Shown here one piece after another: positions 1 through 15,519 of a DNA stretch of 64,000 nucleotides. This stretch comes from Eledone cirrhosa (taxonomy: Eukaryota), in NCBI GenBank assembly GCA_964016885.1, contig OZ024743.1, positions 29,202,001 through 29,266,000 of the forward strand, given 5' to 3'. The first letter of the stretch is position 1. Each line of letters starts with the position of its first letter. A program made the translations under genes and the position numbers. The notes below the pieces were generated by a model. That model worked only from the letters and a program-made list of their open reading frames with translations, was not told the origin of the DNA and ran no database searches.

Positions 1-60
1 TTTTAGTCTTATAATGGGGTTTAGAACCCTCAGATAAATGGAAAAAGATGAGTTTTGACG

Positions 61-135
<75 letters not shown>

Positions 136-730
136 TACATTGAGTTAGAAACTCAAAATAGTCTTTTACAATTAAATACATCAAAGAAAGAAATTTTTCC
201 GAGCCGTGTAACATAATATAATTGAATATATGAGGGAGATGAACTCAGATATAAGTATATATGTGTTCCAATTGCAAAGGACCAAGTTAACTAGGTTGAA
301 AAAAAATACTAACTTAATACCATATGGTTTGCCTGATTCGATTTAAAGTAATAAATCAATACTGATACATATATATATATGTATTAGTATTGGTGCTCTG
401 AAATAACGATGTATATATGAATGTACGTTTAGCATATTTATGATATACTGTATGTTTATTTTAAAACATTTTGAAGGCCATTCGCTATGAATTTTAAAGT
501 AGTGACTAACGTCACGTACCAAGTCTCGGTAAAAGCAAAGCGGAGTAATCGTCAGTCACCGTTTCTCACTTGTAAGTGGTTATCATGACTATATACCCCT
601 TCGCTCCTGCCGAGAGTTATGGAAGCTGGATTCTTATAGAATTCCAGTAATGTTTATGAGCTGTTTAAACTCGTTAGCATACAGAGTTGTATATTATTGA
701 ATATACTATACGTATATTCATATATATATA

Positions 731-834
<104 letters not shown>

Positions 835-1540
835 GTGCACCAAACAGGCGAAATGAACTATAAATTAATATATATATATATATATATAGTTATGTAATAA
901 ACAACAAAAATTTAGGATTCTACAAAACTTGAAAGCCACCTCAACTTGCCTGAACTCCAAGACCGAGATCTTCAGATGCTGTCCTGACCTGAAATCACAT
1001 CTGATCTGTAACTGGATTGACATTCCTACGATGACTCAACCACCTTGAACTTCTTCTCTGCTCTCTACGCCTTACATCCACTACGATTTTTATTACTCTC
1101 TGAACTCACTTTCTGTACTCTTATATTCTTTTTCTCCCTTATCTCCCCTTATATTTAAACTTTTTCCTATGTTATTTATTTTCCTTATTCCCCCCTACTT
1201 TCTAGCTTACCCTTTACATACCCACCTTTTTTATTTATAGATATTTATTTCTGTGTGTATGTATGTGTTGTGTATATGTGTATATGTGTATATATATATA
1301 TGTATATATATATGTGTATATAATTATATATATCTGTATGCGTAATTACTTACAGAATGATTTAATGTTTATTTTCATTGATTATTTGCTCTAGGAATAT
1401 GTTGAGTGCTCTAAATCAGCTATAAACATTTATAACTTTATCTATTTATTCATTTATTTATTATTTGTCGTATTCCCAACTATTTGTTTACCCCTTCCAC
1501 CTTTTTATTTTTATAAATACATATAATATTTATGTATCTT

Positions 1541-1613
<73 letters not shown>

Positions 1614-2277
1614 GTAAGTATGTGTGTGTGTGTATATATATATATATATGTGTATATATGTGTGTATATATATATGTATGTATATATATATATAAATATG
1701 TATATGTGTGTGTATGTGTGTGTGTCTATGTATATATTTATATGTATGTATGTGTATGTGTAAATGTGTGTATTGCTTAGCTCATGTGTTTGTTTATTTA
1801 TTTGTATCCTTTCCTGTATCGCTGTCAACTTTATAATCATTTTTATTTTTATTTTCTTAAGTCATAAATTTTTCTTTTTTATTTTTAATTTGATGTGACG
1901 GCTTTTTGCATCATATGGTTGTCCATTGTTTTTATTTCTTTTTTATTATTATTTTTTCTTATAATTAATTGTGTGTGTGCGTATGTAGGTGTGTACATAT
2001 AACTATATATGTGTGTGTATGTACGTGTGTATATATGTATAATTATATGTGTGTGTATGTGTATATATATGTATTTATATGTATATATATATATATATAT
2101 ACACATATGTGTTTGTGTATTTGTGTGTATGTATATGTATGGATATGTATATATATATATGTATGTATGTATATATATATGTGCGTGTATGTGTATATAT
2201 GTGTGTATGTATATATATATATATATGTATATATATATGTGTATATATATATATATATATATGTATATATGTGTGAA

Positions 2278-2335
<58 letters not shown>

Positions 2336-2457
2336 CGTGTGTGTTTATCTACTTTTATATTTATTCTGTTTCCTTTCTTTCTTCCTTTTCCAGCCTCACT
2401 TTCATATAGATTATATTTTTGTTTTTAAAATCCACTGTCAATAAATACACCAGGATC

Positions 2458-2519
2458 TTTTCATTTTGATGACTGAAAGAACATTTTGTCTGCTTTCAAG
2501 AAACCACTGGTAAATGAAA
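2458..2519 (+). ncRNA. Hammerhead motif with C3->U in a solo Naiad-type pLTR
   Basis: TTTCATT-TTGATGA-(TGAAAG/CTTTCA)-GAAACCACTGGTA-AATGAAA. Downstream CTCTGTAACCTACATGGAGCACTCTT matches the tail of the 40.3-kb element. Confidence 0.75.
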
Positions 2520-2675
2520 TAATTATCTTATATTGTTTATTACATAACTATTAAGCTCTGTAACCTACATGGAGCACTCTTTTTTCCCGGTCCTTTCTGA
2601 CGGAATTACTTCATTTACACACACATATATATATATGTGTGTGTGTCTGTGTGTGCGTGTATGAGTGTGTATCTG

Positions 2676-2706
<31 letters not shown>

Positions 2707-3184
2707 TTGCATTATCTCCCTTGCTGAAATCCATGTGCGTATTTTCAGCCTGGGTTTTGTCTTTTCATCCGTTCGGACAAAAGCTCGTTGAAGAAGTAAC
2801 TCCAGTCCCCCGTTGTCTGTAAGTCTTATATTTTTATGTGAGCTGATAGAGGACGGTTTAAAGATTTACATAAACCCAAGAAGCTAGATATACCATCTCT
2901 CTAGTGGGTCCGGGTATGCTTTTTACATTCATTTCATTTATTGATTTATTGATAATTTATCTGAGTGTCCCGAATCTTCCATATCGCAATTTTTCGGTTA
3001 TTTGGTTGATTGTAGACATATTCTACGTGTGACGGTATTTTAACGATAGTTATAGCTCTGATTTATTTGAATTATGGAGCCCTCTGCCGCTCATCTCGAA
3101 TTTTGTTTATCGTGAACTCGTGCGCCGATTTTTCGATACTCGATTATTCTACTATATATATATATATATATATATATACATACA

Positions 3185-3282
3185 TACATGGTGTCTCTCT
3201 AAAATGTATATACACATTGATTACCAGGCAATATTTATCAGAATGCTGTTGAAGAGTGTATACATTTTTGGAACCACGCATA
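3185..3282. mobile_element. Tc1/mariner-type MITE relic
   Basis: Imperfect TIRs TACATGGTGTC..AAAATGTATATACAC / GTGTATACATTTTTGGAACCACGCATA, next to TA repeats. Confidence 0.55.
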
Positions 3283-3574
3283 TATACTCTTCACATTGTG
3301 GTTTTATGCTTGCTTATGTTACAGTTTATTAGCGTGTAGTTATTTCTAATTTTATCCTCCATTTTGTGCCTGATTTACCTTATCCTTAAATACTCTCCAT
3401 ATATCGTTGTAACTTTGTTTCCCATTCTGAATATTAATTATATTGCCTCTCATCACATAACTTTTCTATGGCATATCTGTATAGCATTGTTGAACTTACG
3501 TGCAATTTCAATAGGCTTTTCGGCTGTTTGACGTCACTTGCATATGGTTTGAATACAGCCTTTGTGGTCATTCG

Positions 3575-3900
3575 GTTGACGCAACACGGTCAGATGGTTA
3601 AGACGTTCGTTTTGCTATCATAATGTCCTAAGTTCGATCCTACATCGTAGAATCTTGGGCACGTGGGATTTGCCATAAATTGGGTAGACGGAATCTGTTT
3701 GGATGTCTGCCAAATGGATTCCACCTATAATTCAAAGGGTCAGCATTGTCACTGTTTCTTCATGCCGAATTTCCCTGCGTTAAGAGTACATATCTATGTG
3801 TAATACTCTCTGTATGCGAATTTCACGAGCAGGCAGGTTGTTCCATTAATTGTACAACTGGAACCCTCATCTTCAAAGAGGATTGAGGTCTATTTCATTC
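3575..3900 (+). mobile_element. Second tRNA-headed SINE family (B), old
   Basis: TGGTTAAGAC..GTTCGATCC head. Body similar to the reverse complement of 62100-62230. Confidence 0.55.
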
Positions 3901-4423
3901 CGTTCCCTGTAATCATTCGAGTTTTGATTCAGAAAATTAGTTTATTGAATGAGAGCGTTGGTTTGTAGAGGGCTATCTTATATTTGTTGTATATAGGCCT
4001 AACCTGTGTTTTGTGTTATTTTCAGTGTGTATTTATATGAATTGTTTTATTCCTACTTCTGGGATCTTTTTAGAGTATATTGTAAGTTTATTTACACTTA
4101 CTTAATGTTAGTTTTCTTTCTTCTCGTAATATGTGTGTTTAATCTTGCATGGGTATGTAATATGCGTGTTTCAATTCTAAATATTTTTTGGACCGTTTTA
4201 AATGAATTCTAGAATGATAGACGTTAGAGACAAGTGTTTTTGCTGTGTCTTAAAAGAATGACGAGCCAACGTTTTGTCATATTTGTACTTGCAATGGTGT
4301 TCAACCAGAATAGGTTGATTCGTCTTAAACCCGTCCATTAACAGCATCACGAACTGAGGCGACCCGTGCATGTTGGTAACAGATATTTGATGCAGATAGT
4401 GTCTGCCACTATCTCCACTTTAG

Positions 4424-4630
4424 AGGACCGTGGATTGGCAGTTAGAGTGTCAGACAAAGTCCCTTCCGGTATTTAATTATGAATTTTTACGTTCTATATT
4501 CAAAACCCATCGAGCTCAGTTTTGCCTTTTATCTTTCCGGGGCCGAGAAAATATAATACCAGTTAAGTACTGGGGTCGATCTGATTGACCTCAAATTGCT
4601 GACCCCGTGCAAATGTTAGAAAGAATTATC
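4424..4630 (+). mobile_element. tRNA-derived SINE family A (degenerate)
   Basis: GTGGATTGGCAG head, TTTGCCTTT..ATC body, TACCAGT..ACTGGGGTCGAT. Confidence 0.7.
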
Positions 4631-4838
4631 ACTGCTCTTGACGCTTTTCGAGTTGCATGTCATTCTTGAAAGTGATCTCGTTCAACTTACGTTACGACAT
4701 TCCTCATAATTCTTGAAATATAATTTTTTGTTACTGATTTATTGGCACATTTTATGAGCAGTGTTTTATACCATTGCTTGGTGTTTCATTATAAACCATA
4801 GATCAACAATGTCGTCTGAACGTCTGTCAAAATGCAAC

Positions 4839-5072
4839 TAATATTTAATTTCGGTTCTCTACATCTGAGTTTGAGTCATGTAGAGGTCAACTTTCAAATA
4901 ATATTTAATATTGGTTCTGTATATCTGAGTTCGGGTCCTGTAGAGTTCAACTTTGAAGTAATATTTAATTTCGCTTCTGTATATCTGAGTTTGGGTCGTT
5001 TAGGTGTCAACTTTGAAGTAATATTTAATTTCGCTTCTGTATATCTGAGTTCGAGTTCTGTAGGGCTCAACT
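4839..5072 (+). repeat. 60-bp minisatellite, ~4 units
   Basis: TAATATTTAATTTCG..TCTGTATATCTGAGTT..GTCAACTTTGAAG repeated at 60-bp period. Confidence 0.92.
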
Positions 5073-5479
5073 ATTCCTCTCGTCTTTTCCTGGGTTATCT
5101 TTAAAATGTTGTGCCAGTCAAAGTGTTTGGGAATGGATTCAATATTATGATAAAACTAGCATTCTATGTATGAATGGAATAATGTTAGGGGAGACTTTAA
5201 GTTAATTCGTGTTGTATTATGCGTCCAGTTATTATTTGTTTCGTGGGGAGGGCAAATTGTTATTTTCTATTATAAAAGATATATCTTCGGTAAAATCAAA
5301 ACAAAGTAATGCAATAAAAAGAAGTATTTGCTGAAAACATTGGGTGTCTGAATAGCATCTGTATGTTAGTTTGTTGATTTTACTTTTGGTTGATTCGGTG
5401 ACGGTATTGGTTATTTTCTTTTACTTACGAAGCGCCATGCTTCATCATCCACGCAATATCTTCCATCCCAGAGCTATTA

Positions 5480-5538
5480 TCATAATAATAAAACATAATA
5501 ACAATAATGATAATAATAATAATAATAATATAAGAGAA

Positions 5539-5586
<48 letters not shown>

Positions 5587-5655
5587 GTTGTTGTTGCTAT
5601 TTTTCTTCTCTTACCATTACCATTATTACTACTATTACTATTATTATTATTATTG
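5480..5655. repeat. Compound (AAT)/(ACT)/(ATT) microsatellite
   Basis: Direct. Confidence 0.9.
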
Positions 5656-5767
5656 AGTCTCTTCAAGCATTATAGAGGAGACATATATATAGCTTCCATA
5701 TATTTTTCTCATCTGATTTGAGCAGTAAAACTTATGTGTTCAGCGTTTCTAGCGAGGCATAAAATCC

Positions 5768-7000
<1,233 letters not shown>

Positions 7001-7017
7001 ATGTATATATATATGTG

Positions 7018-7216
<199 letters not shown>

Positions 7217-7217
7217 G

Positions 7218-7286
<69 letters not shown>

Positions 7287-7299
7287 GTATATATATATG

Positions 7300-7396
<97 letters not shown>

Positions 7397-7536
7397 GCAT
7401 ATATACATGCATATAAACATACATCCATCGATATATACATACAGCAGACACATATATACACATGTATACATAATACATGCATATATATATATATATATAT
7501 ATGCATAATACATACATATATATATATATATGCATA

Positions 7537-7579
<43 letters not shown>

Positions 7580-9817
7580 TATGTACATACGTAGATATAT
7601 ACACATGCACACATATCCCCTAAGACGCCCACACGAACACATATACGATCATACAAACATACGCTATATGTTCATTATTTCATGTACTCTTGTATATATG
7701 TATTAATGTTGTATGTATACTTTTACTTTTTCATTGTAATTTCAGAGTATATTTTGTCTGTGTATTAATGTGTATGCATGACTGTAACTATATATATATA
7801 TGCGTATCTGTATACATATAGTATGCATGTAAATAGGCATGTAGATAGGTAGGTAGATTGGTTGGTAGTTATCTATATATGTATGCAAGTATATCTGTAT
7901 GTATGTATATATGTATGCAAGTATCTCTGTATGTATGAATGCATGTCTCTATGTATGTATGTATGTATGTATGTATGTATGTATGTATGTATGTATGTAT
8001 GTATGTATGTATGTATATTTTGTATTGCAAGTATCCCTGTATGTATGTGTGTATGTATGTGTGTATGTGCCTATGTATGTATGTATATATGTGTGTATGT
8101 ATGCGTGTGTATATGTATATATGTATGTATATAAGTATGCATATATATGTATGTATGCAACTGTTAATGGGCTCCGCTCTAGCAATCTAACGTGGATATT
8201 ACACACAACCAATCCCCCTCCATCTCTGAAATAGAGAGAAAGAAGCCATAAGAATGTCGGATATATTATTTGGTTGATGTTGGCAGCTCCTGTTTAATTT
8301 GATGCTATCGAAATTTACACACGGTTAATCGAGAGGGAAATATGTTGAAACGAAATCTGATTAGATGGGCTAAATTACAACCAGTCATCAAATGAATTTC
8401 TAAAACGGAGAATCTTGTACATCATTTGCACATAAATTAGTTTTAGGAATTATGGGCTGTTTGATCTGGTAGAAACTGTCAAATGTTGATTCTTTTTTTT
8501 TTCGTGATCTAATCGAGGTGTCCATAAACAGTTTACCACAAAAAGATAATAATAATAACAACAACAACAACATCAACAATAATTATAATAATGATAATAA
8601 TAATGATAATAATAATAATAGTCATAGTAATAATAATGCTTGATTATTTTTTGCCTGTCTCTCTTAGCAAGGTAGAAATACGCCGTTGATCATAGAAATT
8701 AGTTGCTTATTAAGAAAACCTCATTATTCGCTTTTTCAGATATATAAACACATCAAATGAAAAAGCGAAATTATATTTTTTTCAAACAAAATAACTATGA
8801 AATCATTAGAGAATAATTATTAGGTTTTTGATTTTGTTTTCTTTCTATAGCAGTGATATAGTCTAGTCTATACAGCAAATATATGGATTCGACATCGCTT
8901 TAATTCTGGGATGATTTTAAGCTCTTCTCTACGACAATGATCTCGAGCTTTTTTCCTTTAATTAGTATAAATTCATGCTTCCTTTACATTGCTGTACACA
9001 TATCCGAATCTTAATTAATGGGATATGCATATTTACATTTGGTTTGGTCCTTAATTCATTGTTATAGCGAGTTCAGTGATTTATTTGCATTACATTTAGC
9101 CTTTACTTCATCCGCAGCCTGCATTTAGATCAGGAAGCAAAATGTTTGCAATGTTAAAGGTTCGGGATTTGATATTCTATCGGACGACTATGTAACATAA
9201 TAACTCTCAAGTGACTCCTGTACAACATTTATTAACCTTATTTCAACAGTAGAACCTGCCAATCTCTCTAAAGCTTTACTGTCTCTATTACAGTTAATAA
9301 TAGACTAACATTAGTTAATCATTTATCGACTCGCCGAAAATAGTCGACAGTCGATTGTGTAATCTTTTGTTGATCGTGTTCATTCGAAGAGTATACTATG
9401 CCTGTATCTAACTCTGCATACATTTCTGTTGTGTTTAATGAATGTATTTATAATATCATAATGAAGAAAAGTAAAATCAACATTATATAGGACATACAAA
9501 ATATAAAAGAAAAAGAGAAGAAATGATGAGGGGACAAATTCTTTACCACTGGCTGGACAAGATGACAAAATCTTTACCGAAGAGAACAGCGTTCGATACC
9601 CACTGTATCAACGATTTCAGTTCGTAGGCTTTCTTTAGTAGGCGTGATGCTATCGTCCAGATTTAGTGGAAAAACAGCAGTCCGAGGATTAAGGACACCA
9701 GAAATCTGAAGAGCGACCGGCACAAATTGCAAACGATTAGTTAATATTTCGTAAAATATATGTAGTCTGTCTTTTGGTTGAATAACGTAGGAATGTTATT
9801 AAATATATACATGGATA

Positions 9818-10002
9818 GGGCGGTGGATTGGCAGTATCGGTAGAGGGTCGGACGCCATGCTTTCCAGCATAGTTACGTCCCTTTACGATCTGAGTTCAAA
9901 TCCCGCCGAGGTTGACTTTGCCTTTCATCCTTACGGGGTCGATAAAATAAAGTACCAGTAATGCACTGGATAATTGCTGGCCTTGTGCCAAAAGTAGAAA
10001 CA
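9818..10002 (+). mobile_element. SINE family A with 19-bp TSD
   Basis: A-box-like head, B-box GAGTTCAAATCC. GTTATTAAATATATACATG at 9795-9813 and 10003-10021. Confidence 0.92.
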
Positions 10003-10026
10003 GTTATTAAATATATACATGCAGCT

Positions 10027-10190
10027 GTCATGGTGGCCGAGTGGGAGGGATTAAAGACCGTTGAGATCCTGGTCTGTGGTTCAATCCTGGTCAGGAGGTA
10101 CATGAACGGTGTCCTAATAATATTTTAAACAAGGACGGTGCCCCAGCATGGCCTCAGCCGGATGGCTGGAACAGGCAAAAGAGTAAAAGG
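10027..10190 (+). mobile_element. tRNA-headed SINE-like relic
   Basis: A box TGGCCGAGTGG and B box GGTTCAATCCT. No complete cloverleaf. Confidence 0.5.
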
Positions 10191-10819
10191 GTTCTTATAT
10201 ACGTCTACGCCTTAGAGGTTTGCTAACTTGAGCTTTTAATCATGTGTTGCGTAGGAAATATTCCAAAAGCCATACATATGTAATGATAGTTATATGAAAG
10301 TGTTTAAATTCACATTTAATAGATAAAAGAAACAATGAATTCAGTGATTCCGTAATTAGTTTAACTTCAATAATTACACATGAAAAATGTTTGTATTGTT
10401 ATAAATACTACTATCTGAAAATATACTCATACTTTTTGTCTCTTACAATAAAACATGTTTCTACACTCTCACGATAAAGACGATAAAGTTAAAAACACAA
10501 CAGTAGCATATTGGTTTTTGATGCTAATTAATGTTCCTGTATATTATATGTTAGGAACAACTCGATATCACCATGTCAACTGTGACTCTTGATGGACTTA
10601 TAGGGGCACTGTTATGGACACTTTAAACCCGACGGAAACCATTCCCTCTCCAAGTCTGAATACAGCTAATTTCTTCCAGAAAATGGGAGAGAGAGAAAGA
10701 GAGAGAGAGAAAGAGAGAGAGAGAAAGAGAGAGAGAGAGAGGGAGAGAGAAGGAGAAAAAGGGAGAAAGTGTGAGAGAGAAAAAGTGAGTAAGAGATATA
10801 GAGAAAGCATTGGTATAAT

Positions 10820-10965
10820 ATTGGATTGGTACATTATTTATCGACCTCAAAAGAATGAAATGCAAAGTTAAACTCGGCAGAATTTGAACTCAATGCAGAG
10901 AACTGGAATGAATACTGCAAAGCATATTATTCGAAATCCTAACAACTCTCCCAGTTCACCTCCCT
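10820..10965 (-). mobile_element. SINE family A (degenerate)
   Basis: TTTTATCGACC..ATGAAA.GCAAAGTTAAACTCGGCAGAATTTGAACTCA. Confidence 0.75.
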
Positions 10966-12878
10966 CACTTCGACTAAGCAAATCTGCATAATGGTTGCCT
11001 TTGTCCGTACATGTTTGTTTAGATATGATTAAAAATTAAATGACAGCCACAGAAATACCTCAATGCAATCAACATAACAAATGGAATGTTTTCAACATGT
11101 CTCGATATTTCAACGAAAGATTGAAACTCACATTACTAAAGCTTATTACTTTCAACAATCACATGCTTTCTCAACATTTACATCTATATATCCCACTGTC
11201 ATGAAATATGTTTGAAAACAACACTAGATTCTGCACGTAAACGTGACTATGAAATTGTTTAGGAAAACTGAGAAAGAAAAATTCAAATTCATATAAAATC
11301 TATTCAGTGCCCTTTTCCTAAGGCCTGTTTATACTTTTCAATACTATCATAGATCAAGTTATTAAGAAGATCACATAAACTACAATGCTTCACCAGTCTG
11401 TCACCGTTAACCCCACAGCAGAAAAGTAAACAAATCCAAAACAAAAACAAAAGTAGTGTTATGGTTTGCCATATTTATGACGGATCTATAGCACGAATGC
11501 ACATCAGAGAAGGGGAAAAACGCAAAACGAAATATCAAAGTTAACATCAAGTAGAAATATCAATATATTGACGTAAGAGTCTCATGTGATGAGAAGGAAA
11601 TAGATTAAAATTGGTATCTGTAACTCTTACCTTTCGAAGAAGTATATCTATAGAATTAAGTTTGATTGCAGTATACAAATAATATATTCGTCTCTGCTTA
11701 GTCTAAATTATTGGTTCAACATATTAGTTTTCTTCATTGATTTATTGGAATTTAAAATAATGCATTTTCATTTCATAGTTAACAAATACTACCTCTGTTT
11801 TGGTTAGGAAATAATCTTTGAAATTAAAAATGTATAAATAGTTTATATGTGAGTGTTATATAGCAGGAAACAAGACTGACCTGTGTAGTAGAATAACATA
11901 TTTCAGTGAATGGAATAACTGAGTTTCCATTGTCGTGTTGTAGATATCTACAACATTCGTAACTTGAAGGTGTCAGAGACTTGCTATGCAATCTTGAAGT
12001 ATGGAAGTTTTTTCAGTTTTACCTTAATAGCCGTGAAAGGGACAATTTCTAGAAATATAAAAAAGATTCACTTCATACTTAGGAGTTAATGATTTGAAAA
12101 TACGGTAATAATTTGTGATTTCAATATAAAATCGACTGCACCTTTAGTTAAAAAAACACAGACAAACTGCCGTTATGACACTAATTTTACAATCAGTATA
12201 CTAAACCGAATAGGTGAGATAAAGGGGGTGACACTTTGATCTCGATGTATTCGAATGGTGTTAATTATTTGTAGTGTGGATAAAGGGAATCTATAGAAAG
12301 CTAGGTAGAACATCTGGAATTTAACTAATCAAAATTAAGGCAAAGTCACACTTCAGTTATCGAGAATACCTTCATATAAGCAATAGCCTAGTAGTAGGAA
12401 CAATTATTTGGCCACACCTTCTCTAAAAATATGTACTACATTTACATGTTATATAATTTTCTAACTTAAGTTAGGCGTCACGACTAAGGTATTGCTGGCC
12501 TTAATATATTGTGTAAATTTGTATTGAATTTCAGAGGTTTCTAATTGAAAAATGACATCTTGAAGATACCGCGATTATATTATTATTTACATTAATACGT
12601 AATCTATTAATACACAGTTGAATTATAGAAGTAATTACTTCATTGTGTTATTACTTTCAAGTTATCCGTTTGAACAGAGCTATATCACAGAAGAAAAATA
12701 CAACAGAGGGGCGTTATATGAGATCCTACTGTTTGTATAAAAACAATATAAATCTGTTTCAAACAGTCGCTGTTTTGTTGAGTCTATCAGCAAAATATTT
12801 ATTTATATTTGCTTTGTTTTGTCCATTGAATTTAAATAATTAACCTCGTCTAAAACAGTGATGGAAAGTATAGTAGAG

Positions 12879-13838
12879 CAGTAGTCGCCAACATGGGTTC
12901 CGCGGAACCTTGGGGTTCCGTAAAACAAACTCCAGGTTCCTTAAAAAAATAAATATTTACATTACCATTAATATTTTGGGTTTTCTGAAAAAGGTGCAAA
13001 GAAAATGACAAAGGTGCAATGTATAAATGAACGAGTACTATTGTAGTGTACACAGGTTCTCCACTCCAATTCGTAGAAAACACTACTTCCAGTTTCTCAC
13101 TTGAATTAGCAGAAAAACACTGTTCTGAGATTCGTGGAAATTGAATACTTTCAATTTCACATCAATTCACATCAATTTTTTGATTTCCATGTGTCTAACA
13201 CACGTGGACATGCCCACAAAGTCAGAAAACAGCACAGTTCCCATGACTTTCGGAAACATTGTTTCATGCTCAGAGTTGCTGAAGCATGGAACAAACTGCC
13301 TGCATCGGTTGTTAGCTGTCGAGACACTGCATCCTTTAAGGCCTCCATGCTTCCCAAGATCCGCCAACACTACACCTAATGTTCCCCCTCCATACACATA
13401 CACACATGTATACCATGACTCATACACTATTCACTTCCCTGACATTTGTGTATTATTTTATGTACTATACATACACCTTTGACGAGTTGTAGTGCACCTG
13501 AGCACTTTACACAATAATTTCTTTCTTGGAAAGACATAGTTTTCTGAATTCCGAGAATTTGACTACTACTGATAATACACTAATTGAACTTAGAAATTGA
13601 CCAATCACAAACAAGTAAATGTTGGTCTGTGACAGCATAACTTTAAACTGAAAACTTCAGTTCAGCGAGGTCTCTCAGCCGAGAGACTGGGTCAGTTCGC
13701 TGTTCTCACAACGTAAGTTCACTAAAATAAATAAATACATTATTATTTTTTTTTGAAAAGTTTTGTATTGTATAGGTTCCGTGAAGAATTCAAAATATTT
13801 AGAGGGTTCCTCGGTTTTAGAAAGGTTGGCGACCACTG
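12879..13838. mobile_element. Non-autonomous hAT (Charlie-like) DNA transposon/MITE
   Basis: TIRs CAGTAGTCGCCAAC / GTTGGCGACCACTG. Perfect 8-bp TSD TAGTAGAG at 12871-12878 and 13839-13846. Subterminal GGGTTCC repeats. Confidence 0.92.
13090..13525 (+). mobile_element. 3' fragment of a CR1/L2-type LINE nested in the hAT MITE
   Basis: Translation TRGHAHKVRK...FRKHCFMLRVAEAWNKLPASVV...ASFK is typical of the CR1 ORF2 C-terminus. 3' tail GAGTTGTAGTGCACCTGAGCACT recurs at ~33530. Confidence 0.8.
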
Positions 13839-13886
13839 TAGTAGAGGAAGAATAAGAGTTTAACTGAGATCAACGAGAATAAATAA

Positions 13887-14503
13887 TGATTTTTGATTTA
13901 GGTACAATGTCAACAATTTAAGGCGAGGGGAATATTGATTAAATCGAAAGTCAAAGGTAACCTCGGTAGGATTTGAACTCAGAACATAAAGGGCCGTAAC
14001 TCTATGCTGTATAGCATAGTGTTCGACGTTCTACCGGTTCTGCCAATCCACCGCCCTATAACAAGAATAAATAATTGTTTCTACTATTGGCACAAGGCCA
14101 GAAATTACCCAGTACATTACTGGTACTTTATTTTATCAAGCCCGTAAGGATGAAAGGCAAAGTTAACCTCGGCGAGATTTGAACTCAGAATAGCAAGGGC
14201 CGTAACTCTATGCATCAAAGCATGGCGTCCGACCCTCTACCGATACTGCCAATCCACCGCCAATCCACAACAAGAATAAATAATGATTTCTACTATAGGC
14301 ACAAGGCCAGTAATTTTTTTTTTGGGGGGGGGAAGTCGATTAAATCGACCCAGTACGTTACTGGTGCATTATTTTATCGACCCCGTAAGGATGAAAGGCA
14401 AAGATAACCTCGGCAGGATTTGAAATAAGACCGCAAAGGGCCGTAACTCTATGCTGCATAGCATAGGGTTCGACGCTCTACCGGTTCTGTCAATCCACCG
14501 CCC
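13887..14503 (-). mobile_element. Three tandem SINE family A copies
   Basis: Copies ~13887-14057, ~14076-14262 and ~14285-14503, separated by AC(A/G)AGAATAAATAAT. Confidence 0.92.
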
Positions 14504-15056
14504 TACAACGAGAATAAATAATACCTACAGTAATAAATTAATGAATACATTAGTTGTATAATAATTACAGCACATTAATGATTATATTGATCTGGTCTCA
14601 AAATACTAATGAAGTTTAATCGTGGTAACTACGTTTGGATGAGTTACTCATCCTTCAGTTGTTTGAAACATATTATTTACAAGAATTTTTCACTTAGCCA
14701 ACAAATCATTATTTTAAATTTGTCAATTTCTTAATAAGTTTCCAACAAATAGTATATCCTCTAATTTATTCTAAAATCAGGTAAATACACATTTGAGTAT
14801 AATTCATTGAAGACTAATAATACAGAAACGTGTTCATGCTTCTTACCAAATATCAGATTTACAGTCAACTGTATATTTCCAATTAACCTTTCATCAGATT
14901 AAATGTCGGTGTCTTTTTCTTTCATGACCAGAGAATTGTCATTAAAACTTATGACTTTTCTTCTTAACCTGGATGTAATTTGAATTTATCAGATATTCTT
15001 TCTGGCTAACTATCTTAATTACGTTATCTTCCATTAAATTTCGAAATGCAATAGCT

Positions 15057-15257
15057 TTTAGACTATGTGTATTTGTGTCTTTATGATTTGCAAAAATATT
15101 CAGAAGAATACGAATGGCTGGTGCGTGTTTGTACAATCAGCTCCAAGAAAAATGCGTGTTGTCGCTCTGGATTATTTTTGCCGGAGTGTCTGTGTTATTT
15201 TTATGACGTCCGTTTGTGACGTCAGAGTTATCACACCACAGGTGTCGCTTCGCTACA
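15057..15257 (-). repeat. 3' LTR (~200 bp) of the Gypsy element
   Basis: Minus strand begins TGTAG directly after the polypurine tract and ends CTAAA. Its distal ~146 bp match 19821-19968. Confidence 0.9.
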
Positions 15258-15273
15258 TATAACCCTCCTCCAG
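15258..15273 (-). promoter_or_regulatory. Polypurine tract (PPT)
   Basis: Minus strand CTGGAGGAGGGTTATA immediately precedes TGTAG of the 3' LTR. Confidence 0.85.
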
Positions 15274-15519
15274 ATGACCAATCGATGAAGAAGTAAACAT
15301 ATGTAGTGAGAAGCAAGACAAAGATAGGTAATAAACAAAAGAAATGTTTGCACAAGCAGCAAACAAAAGGCACGCAAAAATGTAACAACAGAAACATGCA
15401 AAACAATCAACAAAATGCAACGAATCGTAAGAAAGACAAAAGCAAAGGGCTGCAACAAGGGCAGCTTAAATGCACACAGTTTGACACAGTTTGTTTCCAA
15501 AAAGGCTCCAGTGGCCAAT

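Noticed and set aside
9818-10190. tRNA genes at SINE heads
   Set aside because: A/B boxes are present but no full cloverleaf, and they continue into SINE body.
13872-14522. CRISPR-like repeat-spacer pattern
   Set aside because: The spacers are homologous SINE copies, the context is eukaryotic and there are no cas genes.
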